A stretch of 55,052 nucleotides of DNA from a virus (lineage: Duplodnaviria > Caudoviricetes), in IMG/VR virus record IMGVR_UViG_3300044546_001769, positions 1 through 55,052 of that record. One strand, written 5' to 3'. The translations under genes were made by a program, and so were the position numbers. Positions within the stretch are counted from its first letter, which is position 1. Every line of letters starts with the position of its first letter. Below the pieces are notes generated by a model. That model did no database searches, had not been told where the DNA came from, and saw only the letters and a program-made list of their open reading frames with translations. Shown piece by piece: positions 37,063-47,115 of the stretch.

Positions 37063-37150
37063 GCGGCGTTAACTCAGCTGGCCGAGAGTAGCAGACTCAT
37101 AATCTGCCGGAGTAATCCCACCGTTGGTTCAAATCCAACACGCCGCACCA
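37063..37150 (+). tRNA. tRNA with CAU anticodon (Met or Ile2) and long variable arm
   Basis: Acceptor GCGGCGT/ACGCCGC-A-CCA, D-stem ACTC/GAGT, GCAGA-CTCATAA-TCTGC, 15-nt variable region with GGA-GTAA-TCC, GTTGG-TTCAAAT-CCAAC. Confidence 0.9.
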
Positions 37151-37158
37151 AAAATTAA

Positions 37159-37187
37159 TTTACTTTTATTCCATTCTAGTGTATAAT
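37159..37187 (+). promoter_or_regulatory. Pre-replicative promoter (repeated motif) followed by ttatcg-caa-cgataa hairpin and SD
   Basis: TTTACT-N17-TATAAT. Confidence 0.8.
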
Positions 37188-37214
37188 AGTTTATCGCAAC
37201 GATAAGGATTTGTT

Positions 37215-37799
37215 ATGTTTTGTTTGGACATCGAAACAGTCGGATTAGAATCAAATTCGGCTGTGCTAAGTTTAGCTATGGCTTATTATGATCCATCAAC
37301 TAAAATCGATTATAAAAAGATTCTTTCTGAAACATTTTTTGTAAAATTTGATCTGAATATTCAATTAAAAGAGTTTGGTCGTACATACACTCAAAGCTCA
37401 TTAGATTGGTGGCGTAAACAATCTGAAGCAGCAAAAATATGTAGTCTGATTCCGTCTGATGAAGATGTTCATCCAAAGCAAGGAATTGCCGATTTGCGAA
37501 AATGGTTTAATGGTTTTCCAGATGCAAAAAAGCAGCTTGTTTGGGTTCGTGGATCTCTTGATCAGCCTGTTGTTGAATCTCTTTTTCGTTCACTTGACGA
37601 AGAACCGCTAGTAATGTACAATGCATGGCGCGATGTTCGAACAGCACTAGATTGCTTTTATCCAAATTCAACGAATGGATATGTCGAAGTAGATCCAGCA
37701 AAATGTTTGAATTATGATCATTATGCTGTTGTAAAACACGATCCACGTCATGATGTTGTTTTTGACTTGTGCCAACTATTTGCAGGAAAAAGTGAATGA
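37215..37799 (+). CDS. dexA: 3'-5' exonuclease DexA-like
   Basis: LDIETVG, DWWRKQS, WVRGSLD, WRDVRTA, KHDPRHDVVFD. Confidence 0.88.
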   Translation: MFCLDIETVGLESNSAVLSLAMAYYDPSTKIDYKKILSETFFVKFDLNIQLKEFGRTYTQSSLDWWRKQSEAAKICSLIPSDEDVHPKQGIADLRKWFNGFPDAKKQLVWVRGSLDQPVVESLFRSLDEEPLVMYNAWRDVRTALDCFYPNSTNGYVEVDPAKCLNYDHYAVVKHDPRHDVVFDLCQLFAGKSE

Positions 37800-40306
37800 A
37801 ATTTTATACAAACGTAGCAATAATGGGATCTGACGTTCTCGTCAGAGAAATAGTTGACGGAATTCCATCCTTGCGTAAAGACCGTTGGTTCCCAGCAATC
37901 TACGTCAAGGGTCAACCTAAAGATCCGCAAGCATTGTCTGTAAAAACACTGTACGGTGATGATGCATATGAGATGCTTCCTGGTTCTATTCGCGAAACAA
38001 AAGATTTTGTAGAGCAGTACAAAGGTGTTTCTGGTTTTGACATTTACGGACAGTTGAATTATTCATTGCAGTATATGAATCGATATCAGTGTACTGGTTG
38101 GGATTATAAAAAAATCTCAGCATGGTCAATTGACATTGAAACCGCTGTACCAGTAGATGAATCAGGCAAGACATATTTTCCAGATCCAGAAAATGCAGAT
38201 GGAGAGATCCTGCTTATTACACTGTGCAATATGCACAGTGGTCAGTGCTTTACTTGGGGCACAAAGGAATATTCTGGTAAAGATACACATTATACGCTCT
38301 GCGCATCAGAATCACAACTAATACGACTCTTTCTAGAATTTTGGCAGCAGCGACGTCCTGATATTATTACTGGCTGGAACATTTGTGGGTTTGACTTGCC
38401 GTACATTATTAACCGTGCAACACGTATAATTGGAGCTGAATCGATTCAAAAGCTGTCTCCATGGGGCAAAGCTGGTACAAAATCAAAACAGTTTAACGGT
38501 CAAACTGAATGGGATACTCAAATTCTTGGTGTATCTATTCTTGATTATATTGATCTCTACAAAAAATACATTTTCACAAAGCAGGAAAGCTATTCACTAG
38601 GTCATATTGCTCAAGAGGAATTAGGTCATTCTAAAGTTGATCATTCTGAATATGGATCGTTTACGGACTTTTATTCAAAAGCCTGGCCAAAGTTCGTTTT
38701 CTACAACATAATTGATACACTGCTGGTAAAACAGCTAGACGATAAGTTAAAGTTAATTGAATTGGTTTTGACAATTGCATATGAGGCAAAAATCAATTAT
38801 GAGGACGTTGCTTCTCCAGTAAAAACATGGGATGCTATTATAAGCAACTATTGTCTGCAGCAAGGAATTGTTTTACCGCAGCAACGTCGTGAACTTCAAT
38901 CACCACTTGATGGCGCGTATGTTAAAGAACCTAAACCTGGATGGTATAAGAATGTTGTAAGTTTGGACGCTACGTCACTTTATCCAAGTATTATTATGAC
39001 TAACAACATTTCTCCAGAAACATATGTTGGTAAAATTGAAGATTTGGACATTGAAAGTTTTCTAAAGAAACCACAATTAGACGCGTCTGATTCAGTTTGC
39101 ATTACACCTGTTGGTGCAATGTACAGCAAATCTCAACGTGGAATTCTTCCTGTTTTAGTAGAGCATTTTATGACTTCTCGTAAACAGGCAAAAACTGAAA
39201 TGCTACGATTAGAGCAAGAAATAGAAAATACGTCTGATGAAGCATTAAAGAATCAACTCGATCAACGTCGTTCTGCATTTGATAATAAGCAGATGGCAAT
39301 AAAAACGTTGTTAAATTCGCTCTACGGAGCCACGGCAAATCAATATTTTCGATTCTTTAAATGGGAACATGCAGCATCTATTACCCTAACTGGTCAGTTC
39401 GTATTGAGAACTATTGAAAAATTAATTGACGCTGAACTAAATCAGCTGTTTAAAACTGGTTCAGAAAAGTACTTGGTTTATATTGACACGGACTCCCTTT
39501 ATTTTTCGCTTGAACCAGTTATTAAAAAATTCAATATAGATGACAGCAATGCCATTAAAACAATGGAAAGACTTGCAAAGGATAAAATTACTCCAATCGT
39601 TAATAAAATCTGTACAGAATGTTGTGATTACATGCAGTCGTATCAGAATAAGCTCAGCTTTAAACTTGAAGTTGCAGCAAGCAAAGCAGTGTTTTTGGCA
39701 AAAAAGAAGTATGTTCTCAAGGTATTTTCGTCAGAAGGCGTTTCATATACAAAACCAAAATTCAAGGCAAAAGGTCTTGAAATGGTTCGGTCATCAACTC
39801 CACGATATGTACGTGATAAGTTGAAACTTGCATTGGACGTTATATTTGACACAGATGAAAAAGGTGTTCAACAATTTATTAAATCCGTAAAGGATGAATT
39901 CCTTGTGCTGCCTCATGAACAGGTTGCTTTTCCACGTGGCGCTAATAATCTTGCAGAATACTCACACAGTCAGACAATTTATGACAAATCCAAAAGTGTA
40001 CCAATTCAAGTTCGCGCCGCACTTCTTTATAATCACTATCTGAAAAAACACGACGTTGATGGGCAGTATCCGTCTATTGGTGAAGGCGATAAGTTAAAAT
40101 TCATGTACCTAAAGGTGCCTAATAAAATTCGTGAGAATGTTATTGCATTTCCTGCTGATGGCAAGTTGCCCCAAGAATTTGGACTAGAACAGTACATTGA
40201 TTATGAACTGCAATTTGAAAAAACTTTTCTTTCAGCTATGCAATTAATTCTTACATCTATTGGTTGGAAGGCAGAAGAAATTTCAGATCTTTCTGAATTC
40301 TTTTAA
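37796..40306 (+). CDS. gp43: Family B DNA polymerase
   Basis: Exonuclease DIET and GWN..GFD; polymerase DATSLYPS, KTLLNSLYG, YIDTDS; C-terminal clamp-binding LSEFF. Confidence 0.97.
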   Translation: MKFYTNVAIMGSDVLVREIVDGIPSLRKDRWFPAIYVKGQPKDPQALSVKTLYGDDAYEMLPGSIRETKDFVEQYKGVSGFDIYGQLNYSLQYMNRYQCTGWDYKKISAWSIDIETAVPVDESGKTYFPDPENADGEILLITLCNMHSGQCFTWGTKEYSGKDTHYTLCASESQLIRLFLEFWQQRRPDIITGWNICGFDLPYIINRATRIIGAESIQKLSPWGKAGTKSKQFNGQTEWDTQILGVSILDYIDLYKKYIFTKQESYSLGHIAQEELGHSKVDHSEYGSFTDFYSKAWPKFVFYNIIDTLLVKQLDDKLKLIELVLTIAYEAKINYEDVASPVKTWDAIISNYCLQQGIVLPQQRRELQSPLDGAYVKEPKPGWYKNVVSLDATSLYPSIIMTNNISPETYVGKIEDLDIESFLKKPQLDASDSVCITPVGAMYSKSQRGILPVLVEHFMTSRKQAKTEMLRLEQEIENTSDEALKNQLDQRRSAFDNKQMAIKTLLNSLYGATANQYFRFFKWEHAASITLTGQFVLRTIEKLIDAELNQLFKTGSEKYLVYIDTDSLYFSLEPVIKKFNIDDSNAIKTMERLAKDKITPIVNKICTECCDYMQSYQNKLSFKLEVAASKAVFLAKKKYVLKVFSSEGVSYTKPKFKAKGLEMVRSSTPRYVRDKLKLALDVIFDTDEKGVQQFIKSVKDEFLVLPHEQVAFPRGANNLAEYSHSQTIYDKSKSVPIQVRAALLYNHYLKKHDVDGQYPSIGEGDKLKFMYLKVPNKIRENVIAFPADGKLPQEFGLEQYIDYELQFEKTFLSAMQLILTSIGWKAEEISDLSEFF

Positions 40307-40341
40307 GTTTATTTTTAGTTTTAATGTGCATAGTGTATAAT
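40306..40341 (+). promoter_or_regulatory. Promoter upstream of uvsX
   Basis: agtttatttttagttttaat...gtgTATAAT shares its upstream element with the gp55 promoter. Confidence 0.65.
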
Positions 40342-40366
40342 TAATTTTTTAACGTGAGGTATTAAT

Positions 40367-41440
40367 ATGAGTTTAATGGACAAATTAAAACAGAATTCTA
40401 CTATTAAGGAGACTGCTGTTCTTCAAGAAAGTAAGTTATTTTCAGAAAAGGATTTTTATACTACAGAAATTCCAGCGCTGAACATTGCTTTTTCTGGCCG
40501 TATTGATGGTGGATTTACTTCAGGTCTTACAACAATCAGCGGGCCCAGTAAGCATTTTAAAACGTCCTTTGCACTAATGATGATTAAAACATATCTTAGC
40601 AAATATAAAGACGCGATCTGCTTATTTTATGATAGCGAATTTGGTGCACCCGCAAGTTATTTTTCATCGTTTGGAATTGACAGTTCGCGAATTCTTCATA
40701 CACCTATTACTGACATTGAACAGTTAAAATTTGACTGCATGAAACAGCTTGAAGCAATCAAGCGGTCTGACAGAGTTATTGTTGCAATTGACTCAATCGG
40801 CAATCTTGCTAGTAAAAAAGAAGTTGATGATGCTATGGATGGACGATCTGTTGCAGATATGAGCCGTGCAAAGCAATTAAAATCATTTTTTCGCATGGTG
40901 ACACCACACTTGAATTTAAAAGATATTCCGATGGTGACTGTAAACCATACATATCAGACTCAGGAAATTTATTCCAAAGCAGTTGTAAGTGGCGGAACCG
41001 GAATTTACTATTCAAGTGATACCATCTTCATTATCGGTCGTCAGCAAGAAAAAGACGGAACAGACGTTATTGGATACAACTTTGTTATCAACGTCGAAAA
41101 ATCACGCTTTTCTCGTGAAAAATCCAAAATTCCAGTTACAGTTTATCACAAAGGTGGTATTTCTAAGTGGAGTGGATTAATGGACATTGCTCTCGAAAGC
41201 AAACATGTAATTAAACCGTCAAACGGCTGGTATTCACGTGTTGATGAAAATACTGGCGAAGTTGAAGGTAAAAAATGGCGGCTGGCTGATACAGATACAG
41301 CAGATTTTTGGATGCCAGTACTAAAGAATGTAACATTTCAACAATTCGTAAAAGACCGTTATCAGGTTGCTTCGGGCAGCATTACTAATTTTGAAGATAT
41401 TGACAAAGAAATGGCTGAACTGGAAACTGAGGAAGAATAA
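40367..41440 (+). CDS. uvsX: RecA-like recombinase
   Basis: GPSKHFKT, FYDSEFG, DSIGNLASKKE, DMSRAKQLKS, SGGTGIYYS. Confidence 0.97.
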   Translation: MSLMDKLKQNSTIKETAVLQESKLFSEKDFYTTEIPALNIAFSGRIDGGFTSGLTTISGPSKHFKTSFALMMIKTYLSKYKDAICLFYDSEFGAPASYFSSFGIDSSRILHTPITDIEQLKFDCMKQLEAIKRSDRVIVAIDSIGNLASKKEVDDAMDGRSVADMSRAKQLKSFFRMVTPHLNLKDIPMVTVNHTYQTQEIYSKAVVSGGTGIYYSSDTIFIIGRQQEKDGTDVIGYNFVINVEKSRFSREKSKIPVTVYHKGGISKWSGLMDIALESKHVIKPSNGWYSRVDENTGEVEGKKWRLADTDTADFWMPVLKNVTFQQFVKDRYQVASGSITNFEDIDKEMAELETEEE

Positions 41441-41441
41441 A

Positions 41442-41729
41442 ATGATTACATTAAACGACATTAAAGTAGAGCCATATGAAGATAATGAGTATTCTATTAC
41501 GCTGCTGTCAACTGACGACGTTGGTATAAAATACAAATATGGCAAAGTTTCATTTGACGATGCAGAAGACGGCAGTGGTGAAGCCATCATGAATTTTGAT
41601 TATGATATTATTTCTGGAACACCTCGTGATCTTGAAGTTTTCCATAACACAATTGGCAGTGTTTTACAATTAATGATTGAAAATATGATCAAAGACAACT
41701 CAGTTGTATTCGCAGGTGGAACAGATTAA
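41442..41729 (+). CDS. gp40-position protein (head vertex assembly chaperone-like)
   Basis: Lies between uvsX and gp41; YKYGKVSF...NFDYDI; start re-called from 41367. Confidence 0.6.
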   Translation: MITLNDIKVEPYEDNEYSITLLSTDDVGIKYKYGKVSFDDAEDGSGEAIMNFDYDIISGTPRDLEVFHNTIGSVLQLMIENMIKDNSVVFAGGTD

Positions 41730-43132
41730 TGAGTCGTATTGAAACTACAATTCTTGGTAATTTGCTGGTTTCAGAAAAGTTTAGTCGAGCAGCACTGCCT
41801 TTCTTAAAGCCTGAATTTTTTCAGGACAAAAGCGATGCAGTGCTGTTTGAAGAAATCACACGATTTTTTCAACGACATAATAAACCAGCAACACGTGAAA
41901 TTCTAAATATTGAAGTATCCAACAGAACAGATCTCTCTGATAAGGAACTTGAAAATACCGAAGCATCTATAAGAGATCTGCCAGACGAGCAAACAAACTT
42001 TGATTGGCTTATTGAGCAAACAGAAGCATTTTGTAAAAAACGAAGTCTCTATCTTGCTATTCTTGACAGCATTAAAATTATCGAAGGTGATAAAAAATCT
42101 TCTTTAACTGAGGAAGCAATTCCTAAACTGTTGCAGGATGCATTGGCTGTTAGTTTCAATAGTGAGGTAGGACATAATTATCTTGAAGATGCTGATGCTC
42201 GTTTTGATGCATATTCACTAGCTGAAGATAAAATACCGTTTGATCTTGATGAACTAAATGAAACTACAAAAGGTGGTATGAGTCGTAAAGCGCTCTATTG
42301 TGTAGCTGCTCAAAGCGGTGGAGGCAAATCTATTTTCATGACTCATACTGCTGCAAGTACTCTACGTCTTGGTAAAAATGTTCTCTACATTACTATGGAA
42401 ATGAGCGAGAATAAAATTGCTGAACGTATTGATGCAAATTTAATGAATATCAAAGTCGATGAAATTAAGAATTTGACAAAAAATGAGTTTGTAAGTCGTG
42501 TTGATCGTATTGCTAAGAAGACTCATGGCAAACTCTACATCAAGGAATATCCAACAGGTGGAGCTCATTCCGGTCATTTTCGCGGTTTGCTTGAAGAGTT
42601 AAAAACAAAACAAAATTTTATTCCTGATCTTGTTATTGTTGACTATCTTGGTATCTGTGCTAGTGCTCGTGTTCGTATGGGCGGAACAGTGAATACATAT
42701 TCATATCTGAAAGCGGTTGCTGAAGAACTTCGCGCGCTAGCCGTTGAGCATAATGTGGCAATTTTAACTGGAGCTCAGTTAAATCGCGGTGGTTATTCTA
42801 ATAGTGATGCTGATATGAGTAGCGTTGCAGATTCAATGGGTATTGTAATGACGTTGGATTTTTTCTTTGCGCTTATAGCAACAGATGAACTTTCAGAAAT
42901 GGATCAAGTACTTGTAAAGGTATTGAAAAATCGTGGTGGAGACTTGCCTAAATTTTTATTGGGTCTAAATAAGTCAAAAATGACTTTCTTCAATCTTGAA
43001 TCTTCAGCTCAAAAAGGACTGTTGCCAATCGCTAACAGTGGAAGTAAGAAACAAAAGCCTGAACCAGACGTTCCTCTATTCGATAAAACACGAACCGGAC
43101 GAGCAGTTTCTGCAGAAGGCTTTAAATTTTAA
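41729..43132 (+). CDS. gp41: Replicative helicase
   Basis: AQSGGGKS, YITMEMSE..IAERIDAN, IKEYPT, VDYLGICAS, AEELRALAVE. Confidence 0.96.
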   Translation: MSRIETTILGNLLVSEKFSRAALPFLKPEFFQDKSDAVLFEEITRFFQRHNKPATREILNIEVSNRTDLSDKELENTEASIRDLPDEQTNFDWLIEQTEAFCKKRSLYLAILDSIKIIEGDKKSSLTEEAIPKLLQDALAVSFNSEVGHNYLEDADARFDAYSLAEDKIPFDLDELNETTKGGMSRKALYCVAAQSGGGKSIFMTHTAASTLRLGKNVLYITMEMSENKIAERIDANLMNIKVDEIKNLTKNEFVSRVDRIAKKTHGKLYIKEYPTGGAHSGHFRGLLEELKTKQNFIPDLVIVDYLGICASARVRMGGTVNTYSYLKAVAEELRALAVEHNVAILTGAQLNRGGYSNSDADMSSVADSMGIVMTLDFFFALIATDELSEMDQVLVKVLKNRGGDLPKFLLGLNKSKMTFFNLESSAQKGLLPIANSGSKKQKPEPDVPLFDKTRTGRAVSAEGFKF

Positions 43133-43237
43133 AGGAAATTAACAATGATCAGACATTTTTTACGAAAATATATTTTTGGTTGTTTTGATACTACACACTG
43201 TTGATTTTGTTAAATAGTAAAAACTAAGGAGAAGAAA

Positions 43238-44113
43238 ATGATAAAGAAAATTGTCACATTTATTTGTTTTTCATTATTGACAACCGCGGTTTTTGCTGCA
43301 AACTACACTTTGTGGGTCAACGGTCGTGGAGGTGGTGGTCAGGACGGCAACTACGCAGACTTCAAATATTGGGGTCCTGCAACTACAGATGCCGGCGTAA
43401 ACAAAAAGGCCGTTAACTGGAATGGTTACGACCGTGTTGCCACCAAAAACTACCAAATTCGTGATGCCCTCGACTGCTTCTGCACTGGCACCAACTGGTG
43501 CTACATTGGAGCACACAGTGCAGGCAATCTGCAAACAGGTTACGCGCTTTCTTTGTTTGGCGGAACAACCCGTCAAGTTAAAAATGCCACACCCAATGCT
43601 TCAGGCGTGTGCGGCAACGTAGCAGGCAACACCACCCAAACCGGCTGGAATATCAAGTGGGTAAACGTAGCTTCTGGCGCCGCAGGTGGCAGCGAGTTGT
43701 CTGACTTAGGCAGCTGGGCTATGTCAGAACCTTTAGTTTCTGACCTGAAAACCACCACCTCACGCGCTATGTACGACCACAACCAAACCCGTGGTAAATG
43801 GTTCAACATGTATGCAGGCGCTAAAGGCACAGTCTATGCAGCTGTATTGTCCGGACAAGATGACCAAGCTGTGTCTTACCACTCCACTGGTGGAGTATCC
43901 GGTAGCGGCGGCACAGCACTGTGCAACCCATCCGACTGGTGGTGCAATGACCTGACTATGGGCACAGCATCCAACGAAGGCGGTAGCCGTAAATGGAGCT
44001 TCCATACCGTTAAACTGCGCGACGACAAAGAGCAATTTGACCACTATGCCCGCAGCAACTGGCAAGGCATTATTGATCCGGTTCGTAAAGATGTTGTTCT
44101 AATGGCACGATAA
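43238..44113 (+). CDS. Secreted alpha/beta-hydrolase (lipase-like) protein
   Basis: SD aaggag; signal peptide ending VFA; LWVNGR, GAHSAG nucleophile elbow, AAGGSEL, GQDDQAV, DHY; Cys pairs. Confidence 0.75.
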   Translation: MIKKIVTFICFSLLTTAVFAANYTLWVNGRGGGGQDGNYADFKYWGPATTDAGVNKKAVNWNGYDRVATKNYQIRDALDCFCTGTNWCYIGAHSAGNLQTGYALSLFGGTTRQVKNATPNASGVCGNVAGNTTQTGWNIKWVNVASGAAGGSELSDLGSWAMSEPLVSDLKTTTSRAMYDHNQTRGKWFNMYAGAKGTVYAAVLSGQDDQAVSYHSTGGVSGSGGTALCNPSDWWCNDLTMGTASNEGGSRKWSFHTVKLRDDKEQFDHYARSNWQGIIDPVRKDVVLMAR

Positions 44114-44201
44114 ATATTGCTTGTTATAATATTAGAAAAATTAAAATGTTAAAAAAATCAGTATTGTTTTGGAGTTACCGACACAATTTTAGGCATTAAA
44201 A

Positions 44202-46460
44202 ATGTTAAGAGCCTTTATTTTAGCACTAATGTTGTGCGGCTCTGCTCACGCTTTACCGATATCGGTAAACAACAACTTTACTTCCAAGTCAATTGGCGGC
44301 GTTGTAGAGGTCTTTGAAGACAAATCGGGTGAAATTGAGATAGCTGACGTTTTAAGCAGTTCTCACATTCAAAACCAATTTGCTAGCATGCATAGTGAAA
44401 CGCCTAACTTTGGCTATACAGACAGCAGTTTTTGGGCACGTATCAACCTGAACGATTCTCGCAAGAGCGCGTTCTCAGCTTATGCAGAACCACTATACTT
44501 AAAGTACGGGTATGCACAGACTGACTACGTTGCTATCTGGTGCTATAACGACTTTAAATCAGAAGTCATGCACCAAAAAGCGGGAGATCATGTGCCTCGT
44601 GCTGAGTGGTCTAGTAGCTATAGAGAGCCGGTATTTGTTATTCCTAGCGATGCCAGAGTTTGTTACCTCAACGTCAAGACGACTTCTGCAGTTCAGCTCT
44701 CCCTCGTACTCTATTCAGAAAAAGAGTTCAATAAGTTCTTTGTTTTAGATAGTGCGCTGCAAGCAATGTACTTTGGCGCACTGCTAATCTCTGCCGCATA
44801 CAACCTGCTGATAGCTTTCTCATTACGCTCTAAAGCATACTTTGCCTACACCGTATTTTTACTGACGTACGGTACTTTTCAGATTTCCTACAACGGCTAT
44901 GGCTATGCCTTATTTTGGACTGACATGATTGGTTTTGCGGACAAGATTCTACCTTTTATGATTCTGACGATTGGCGTAACTTCATGTACTTTCACTTCGC
45001 TGCTCTTGAATCTGAAAAAAGAGTCACCACGATTTCATAGGCTAGGCTTTGCCTTGATGATAATAATTGGAACTCTTGCAGTAATAACACTGTTTGCCGA
45101 TTACAAGATAGCTCTAATGTCCACTTTTATATACAGTCCGGTTTGGGCTTTCTTCCTGCTGGGTTCTGGCTGTTACTTGGCTTACAAAGGTATGCGCGTA
45201 GCTAAGATTTACCTAATGGGTTGGTGGATGTTTGTCATCGGGACTATGGTTATTATTTGTAGTCGAATAGGCTACCTACCAGTAAATGACATAACCACTA
45301 ATGCAACGCAGATAGCTACAGTGCTTGAGTTTTTGCTATTTTCCTTTGCGCTTTCAGATCGTATCAATACAACTCAAAGTGACCTAATCAAAGCTCAAAA
45401 GAAGATTGCAGAAAATCTTAAAGCGTCAGAGCAAGAGCTTGAAACCAAGGTTGAGCAACGCACCAAAGAGCTATCAGATACCCTTGAAGAATTGCAGTCC
45501 ACGCAAACACAACTCGTCCAAGCTGAGAAGTTGGCGTCGCTAGGCTTGCTGGTGAGTAACGTAGCCCATGAACTTAATTCACCTATTGCTTCTATCATGT
45601 CAAGCGGAGATTCTATTGCATCGTCGGTCAATGAGATGGTAGATAACTTGCCTGAGATTATTCGACAGTTAGAAGGTGGTGACAGGGAATTGTTCTTTGA
45701 CTTGATAATGCACCCTAAAGTGCAACGTGACTTTGTGCCAAAAGAGGAACGACAACAAACACGCGAGGTTACTGCAAAGCTCAACGAACGCGGTATTGAT
45801 GGTGCAATGCGCAAAGCCCGTCTGCTAGTGCGACTAGGTGTGTACAAGGAGGTTGATAAGTTTATGCCATTACTCCAATCCAAGGACAGCGATTTTGCTC
45901 TGAACGTAGCAGCGGGGATTGGAGATGTTTTAAGTGGTACACACAACATCAACTCCGCGGTTGAACGTGTAAACCGCATCATCTTTGCGCTCAAAGAACT
46001 TGCAGGCACGGAGCGTGTCATGGCAATGGAAACAACCTACCTTCACGTAACGATAGAAAAGGCGCTGAACTCGTACCGACACCTGATGAAAGACGTTAAG
46101 GTAGTTTTCAATCACGCGCCAATAGAAGCTATACAGTGCGACCCCGAAGCCATGCAGCAAGTGTGGACACATTTAATCATCAATGCACTTCATGCCATGA
46201 AGTACAAAGGTACGTTAGCAATTGACCTATCATGTATAGACAACCAAGCAAGAGTGTCTGTAAAGGACGAAGGTACCGGCATAGGACTTGACGTGCAAGC
46301 AAAGATGTTTGATGCTTTCTACACAACGAAAACATCAGGCGAAGGTGGTGGAATGGGACTGGCGATTGTTAAGAAAGTTGTAGAGCAGCACCGAGGACGC
46401 ATACAGGTGACTTCTGAAATTGGCGTTGGTACAACCTTTGTTGTCTTTTTACCTTTATGA
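44202..46460 (+). CDS. Sensor histidine kinase with 7TMR-DISM extracellular and 7TM domains
   Basis: PNFGYTDSSFW (DISMED2), ~7 TM helices, H-box VAHELNSP, N-box QVWTHLIINA, G1 DEGTGI, F-box FDAFYTTK, G2 GGGMGLAIV. Confidence 0.92.
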   Translation: MLRAFILALMLCGSAHALPISVNNNFTSKSIGGVVEVFEDKSGEIEIADVLSSSHIQNQFASMHSETPNFGYTDSSFWARINLNDSRKSAFSAYAEPLYLKYGYAQTDYVAIWCYNDFKSEVMHQKAGDHVPRAEWSSSYREPVFVIPSDARVCYLNVKTTSAVQLSLVLYSEKEFNKFFVLDSALQAMYFGALLISAAYNLLIAFSLRSKAYFAYTVFLLTYGTFQISYNGYGYALFWTDMIGFADKILPFMILTIGVTSCTFTSLLLNLKKESPRFHRLGFALMIIIGTLAVITLFADYKIALMSTFIYSPVWAFFLLGSGCYLAYKGMRVAKIYLMGWWMFVIGTMVIICSRIGYLPVNDITTNATQIATVLEFLLFSFALSDRINTTQSDLIKAQKKIAENLKASEQELETKVEQRTKELSDTLEELQSTQTQLVQAEKLASLGLLVSNVAHELNSPIASIMSSGDSIASSVNEMVDNLPEIIRQLEGGDRELFFDLIMHPKVQRDFVPKEERQQTREVTAKLNERGIDGAMRKARLLVRLGVYKEVDKFMPLLQSKDSDFALNVAAGIGDVLSGTHNINSAVERVNRIIFALKELAGTERVMAMETTYLHVTIEKALNSYRHLMKDVKVVFNHAPIEAIQCDPEAMQQVWTHLIINALHAMKYKGTLAIDLSCIDNQARVSVKDEGTGIGLDVQAKMFDAFYTTKTSGEGGGMGLAIVKKVVEQHRGRIQVTSEIGVGTTFVVFLPL

Positions 46461-46473
46461 GTTAGTGATTAAA

Positions 46474-47064
46474 ATGAATACAAATAAAATCGATTGTCAT
46501 GTAATAAATTCAAACGAGCCAGACGAATGGAAGCGACAATGTCTAGACAGCATAGAAACTGCACCAATTATTCTACACGAGGTCTCTGGAATTCCTGGAA
46601 AAGTTGGTGCAGCACGACATGCTGGATTTTCTAAAGGCAACAAACCGTTTGTATCTTTTGTTGATTTTGACGATTTTTATAATTCATTTGCATTTAATGC
46701 TCTGCAGAACTGTTTAGAAAATAATCCTTCAGTAGTTCTTGCATATACTAATGAGGTATATGTTAATGAGCAAGGTCACGTCATGTGCGAACGAAACCTT
46801 TCATACAGCAGAAAAAAACACATCTCTTATGGCGATCATGTTCATGGTTTAATGCTTATTAGACGCTCTGCATTGTCAACAGTTCTTGATTCAATCGTTG
46901 ACGTTGAAAATTATTCAGAATGGTTCTTAACACTTCAACTCTCAAAGCTTGGAGAAATACGACACTTGCCGATCATAGGTCGATTCTGGCGACAGCACTC
47001 GCGGCAATCGCATTTGAAAGCTGATCCTGTTACTGTTAAAAAAATAAAAAATCTTTTCACGTAG
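46474..47064 (+). CDS. Glycosyltransferase family 2-like protein
   Basis: QCLDSI, GAARHAGF, FVSFVDFDD (DxD), WRQH; start re-called from 46420. Confidence 0.8.
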   Translation: MNTNKIDCHVINSNEPDEWKRQCLDSIETAPIILHEVSGIPGKVGAARHAGFSKGNKPFVSFVDFDDFYNSFAFNALQNCLENNPSVVLAYTNEVYVNEQGHVMCERNLSYSRKKHISYGDHVHGLMLIRRSALSTVLDSIVDVENYSEWFLTLQLSKLGEIRHLPIIGRFWRQHSRQSHLKADPVTVKKIKNLFT

Positions 47065-47066
47065 TT

Positions 47067-47095
47067 TTTACTTTTAATGGTTTTTATTGTATAAT
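47067..47095 (+). promoter_or_regulatory. Pre-replicative promoter (repeated motif)
   Basis: TTTACT-N17-TATAAT. Confidence 0.8.
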
Positions 47096-47115
47096 TATTC
47101 TTTTGAAGGAATATT

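Noticed and set aside
37796-43132. Introns, inteins or homing endonucleases in gp43, uvsX or gp41
   Set aside because: ORFs are continuous and of normal length, with no LAGLIDADG/HNH/GIY-YIG or intein motifs seen
45395-46021. 208-aa minus-strand ORF inside the kinase, and similar antisense ORFs throughout
   Set aside because: Antisense shadows of well-supported + strand genes with no motifs of their own
43133-47064. Kinase island as host chromosome (prophage boundary) or transposon
   Set aside because: Flanked on both sides by T4-like genes and phage promoters; no integrase, transposase or terminal repeats seen
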